A stretch of DNA of 64,000 nucleotides from assembly GCA_051362555.1 (NCBI GenBank), contig CM120640.1, forward strand, positions 6,882,001-6,946,000. The letters are read 5' to 3'. A program made the position numbers and the translations under genes. A model generated the notes under the pieces. It did not search any database and was not told the DNA's origin. It was given only the letters and a program-made list of their open reading frames with translations. Position 1 is the stretch's first letter. Each line of letters starts with the position of its first letter. Shown here one piece after another: positions 60,628 through 64,000 of this stretch. Origin of the DNA: Lingula anatina. Taxonomy: Eukaryota > Animalia > Brachiopoda.

Positions 60628-63450
60628 AACTAGAGGATCAGAGAGGCGATACCGCCTCCGAATATTGTACCACCAGCTGGAGCAAGCGCATTCGTATAGA
60701 CCCCCACATACACAAAATAAGGGACACAGCCACCAGTCTTATGCTTGACAAGCTATAAAAATGCAATCAACAAGAATTTTCAAAATACGCAAAAAATATA
60801 TATAACTTAAAATGGTACAATCAAAGTTAAGTTCAGTAACTTTGGAGATAAAAGGGAAGCAAAATTTGCAAAGTTCAGTTCATGGTGAAAAGGTAAATTT
60901 TAAGGTCACATTTAGATTGCCAGTATATGACTTCCTATTCAACTTCAATAGTAACTATGAACCTATCTCTGCTAGTTTTGGAGATAAAAGGGAAGCAAAA
61001 TTTGCAAAGTTCAGTTCATGGTGAAAAGTAGGTCAAAGGTCAATTTCAAGGTCACATTTAGATTGCCAGTATATGACTTCATATTCAAGTTCAATAGAAA
61101 GTATGGACCTATCTCTGCCAGTTTTGGAGATAAAAGGGAGGCAAAATTTGCAAAGTTCAGTTCAAGGTGAAAAGTAGGTCAAAGGTCAATTTCAAGGTCA
61201 CAGTAAGATTGCCAGTACATGACTTCCTATTCAACTTCAATAGTAACTATGGACTTATCTCTGCCAGTTTTGGAGATATAAGGGACTAAATGTTATAATT
61301 TTGGAGTTACCATAATGTGCCATAAATTTCCTACGGAAAAAATTAATTAAAATAAAGAAAAGGTCATTTTGGTCCAAATGCTTGAAATGGGAGGTGCTCT
61401 GAAGTTCCAGATGTTCAAATTTGATGAAATAATGTCATTTTCGACCACAAGTTGCCTGCTTTGCCAAGCCTTATGTTTTATTTATCTGGAGTTCAAAATT
61501 TATTATCCATTACCATACTGCACATTTTGCTTTAACCACCAAAATGTACTTTTTGATACAGTGTAACTTTGGAGATAAAAGGGAAGCAAAATTTGCAAAG
61601 TTCAGTTCATGAGGAAAAGTAGGTCAAAAGTCAATTTCAAGGTCACAGTAAGATTGCCAGTATATGACTTCCTATTCAAGTTCAATAGTAACTATGGACC
61701 TATCTCTGCCAGTTTTGGAGATAAAAGGGAACCAAAATTTGCAAAGTTAATTCATGATAAAAAGTAGGTCAAAGGTCAATTTCAAGGTCACATTTAGATT
61801 GCCAGTATATGACTTCCTATTCAACTTCAATAGTAACTATGGACCTATCTCTGCCAGGTTTGGAGTTAAAAGAGAAAGAAATTAGCAGAGTTCAGTTCAT
61901 GGTGAAAAGTAGGTCAAATTTAGGTCAAAGGTCAATTTTAAGGTCACATTTAGATTGCCAGTATATGACTTCCTATTCAACTTCAATAGTAACTATGGAC
62001 CTATCTCTGCTAGTTTTGGAGATAAAAGGGAAGCAAAATTTCCAAAGTTCAGTTCATGGTGAAAAGTAGGTCAAAGGTCAATTTCAAGGTCACATTTAGA
62101 TTGCCAGTATATGACTTCATATGCAAGTTCAATAGAAACTATGGACCTATCTCTGCCAGTTTTGGAGATAAAAGGGATGCAAAATTTGCAAAGTTCAGTT
62201 CATGGTGAAAAGTAGGTCAAAGGTCAATTTTAAGGTCACATTTAGATTGCCAGTATATGACTTCCTATTCAACTTCAATAGTAACTATGGACCTATCTCT
62301 GCCAGTTTTGGAGATAAAAGGGAAGCAAAATTTGCAAAGTTCAATTTATGGTGAAAAGTAGGTCAAAGGTCAATTTCAAGGTCACAGTAAGATTGCCAGT
62401 ATATGACTTCCTATTCAACTTCAATAGTAACTATGGACCTATCTCTGCCAGTTTTGGAGATATAAGGGACTAAATGTTATAATTTCGGAGTTACCATAAT
62501 GTGCCATAAATTTCCTACAGAAAAAATTAATTAAAATAAAGAAAAGGTCATTTTGGTCAAAATTCTTGAAATGGGAGGTGCTCTGAAGTTCCAGAAGTTC
62601 AAATTTGATGAAATAATGTCATTTTTGACCACAAGTTGTCTGCTTTGCCAAGCCTTATGTTTTATTTTTCCAGAGTTCAAAATTTATTATCCATTACCGT
62701 ACTGCACATTTTGCTTTCACCACCAATATGTACTTTTTGATACAGCGTAACTCGAAAACCGTATGGAATACAAAAAAACGGAGACCACCTCCAGTGTTGG
62801 GCTTTATATGCTCTACAAAATGCAAAAAAGAATGGGTCTCTAGCATTAACGGTTCCCAAATTAGAGACAGTTTTCAGTTTCGGTATCTTATGGCCGCTAC
62901 ACCCGTGAAAATGCACCGATTGACCCCAAATTCACACAGATGAAAGATGACCTGAAGGGTAACATTTTCCAATAATATTATTGGTTAAGTCTGTGTGGTG
63001 TCTGAATAACAGCGCAAATAAATTTTTTTTCGTAAAAAAATTCATTTTTTTGAAAATTTTTGCCCGTTTGACCTTGAAATAAAGGTCAAAGGTCAAATCC
63101 AAGGGCATATTTGAAATCTACACATATGACTTTTGGAAAGCCGTCTGTAGAAATTTTTCCCATAATTCCTTCCGTAGGGTAGATAATTAGCATTTAATTT
63201 TGCCATTTTTTGACAAGGGTGCATTGCAATGAGTGCCACACCTAGACCCCAATACCGACAAAGCCCAAATTTTACGTGGAACGAGTTGAGATTATAGGTG
63301 ACCTGAATCCAAGAGATGGGTATGGGGGCCCTTACCGTCTAGGAGGAGAAACGGTAACGGTAACATGGCGGCGGAGCCGGCGGAGCCGGCGGAACGGACC
63401 GGACGGGACTAAAACCATGTGTACCGCCAGCGCTAACGCTGGTGGTACAA
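60628..63450 (-). mobile_element. Helentron-type non-autonomous element, copy B, with an interrupted 146-bp array
   Basis: Same termini as copy A. Arrays lie at about 60830-61290 and 61564-62470, separated by a duplicated piece of the element body. Confidence 0.75.
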
Positions 63451-64000
63451 ATTAAACAAGATTAATTCATTAACCGTTTCTTTTGCTATGATTGAATTGT
63501 GCATACATATTTATTTTTCATTTAATTTTAGTGCTTCGTTTTCTTAATTTTATTTGATACTTTATGCTATAGAATAAAAAATACATACTTTATGCTTATA
63601 TTCTCGTTTTTATCATAACCTTTAGTATTCTTAACGCTACTGCTACTGTATTAAGCACTCTAGTTCCGGCGTCTTATTATGTTGTTAAACTTTGCCAGGA
63701 GGCAAATCTTTCATCGCCGGAAGGTCATATGTCACGGGGTAACATAACATTTAAAATAAGAGTTTAGCTAGAGGCAAACATTTTGGACACTTATCTCCTC
63801 CAACAAAGCCCACAATTTTGAGCTAAGACTCTCCAAAAAGATATTTCTAATTTGGCTAATTCCATTCAGAATGCAAAAAGGACTGGTGCAATGTTGACCC
63901 CAGTGATCACAGATCCGCTGCGTGCCTTGGCAGACAAAGCTGAGAGGATCTCCGAGGGAGCAAATGTTTGGAGAGGGCAGCCCCTAACAGCTATAAAGTT

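Noticed and set aside
57000-62470. Regular repeats as a CRISPR array
   Set aside because: The monomers are contiguous 146-bp units without unique spacers, there are no cas genes, and the context is eukaryotic.
57060-62943. ORFs within the 146-bp arrays and element body (57060, 57918, 60812, 61369, 61809, 62553, 62677 and others)
   Set aside because: They are by-products of repeated non-coding sequence, and the frames are broken differently among copies.
63820-64000. Open frame at the window end (LQKDISNLANSIQNAKRTG...)
   Set aside because: Truncated by the window edge, with no recognisable motif or clear start.

Overview
AT-rich, intron-rich animal genomic DNA. It is probably a bivalve mollusc such as an oyster; this is inferred from domain content and repeat types and is not proven. 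About 52 kb holds two tandem, paralogous + strand genes for single-pass cell-surface proteins, whose exons I reconstructed by hand from GT-AG sites and reading frame. Gene A (CDS 1100-37318, 59 coding exons, about 4,930 aa if all are used) reads: signal peptide, 2 IgGFc-binding-protein N-terminal (FCGBP-N-like) domains, acidic DNDCDG motif, 11 TSP1, 2 FCGBP-N, acidic motif, 24 TSP1, FCGBP-N with a polybasic site, acidic motif, 3 TSP1, 3 EB-like modules, TM, Pro-rich tail. Gene B (CDS 40808-52256, 17 coding exons, about 1,605 aa) is a compact version with 2 FCGBP-N, 5 TSP1 and a longer tail. The best candidate for an undescribed system is this receptor pair: a stalk of frame-symmetric, partly homogenised TSP1 cassette exons, a conserved furin-type site, bacterial-style metal-binding repeats and different cytoplasmic tails. 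The last 11 kb is transposon-derived: Harbinger/ISL2EU transposase relics, a decayed 2A-like LINE fragment, two Helentron-type non-autonomous elements with 146-bp tandem arrays, and a 1.1-kb duplication carrying compact orphan ORFs. No tRNA, rRNA or CRISPR array was seen.
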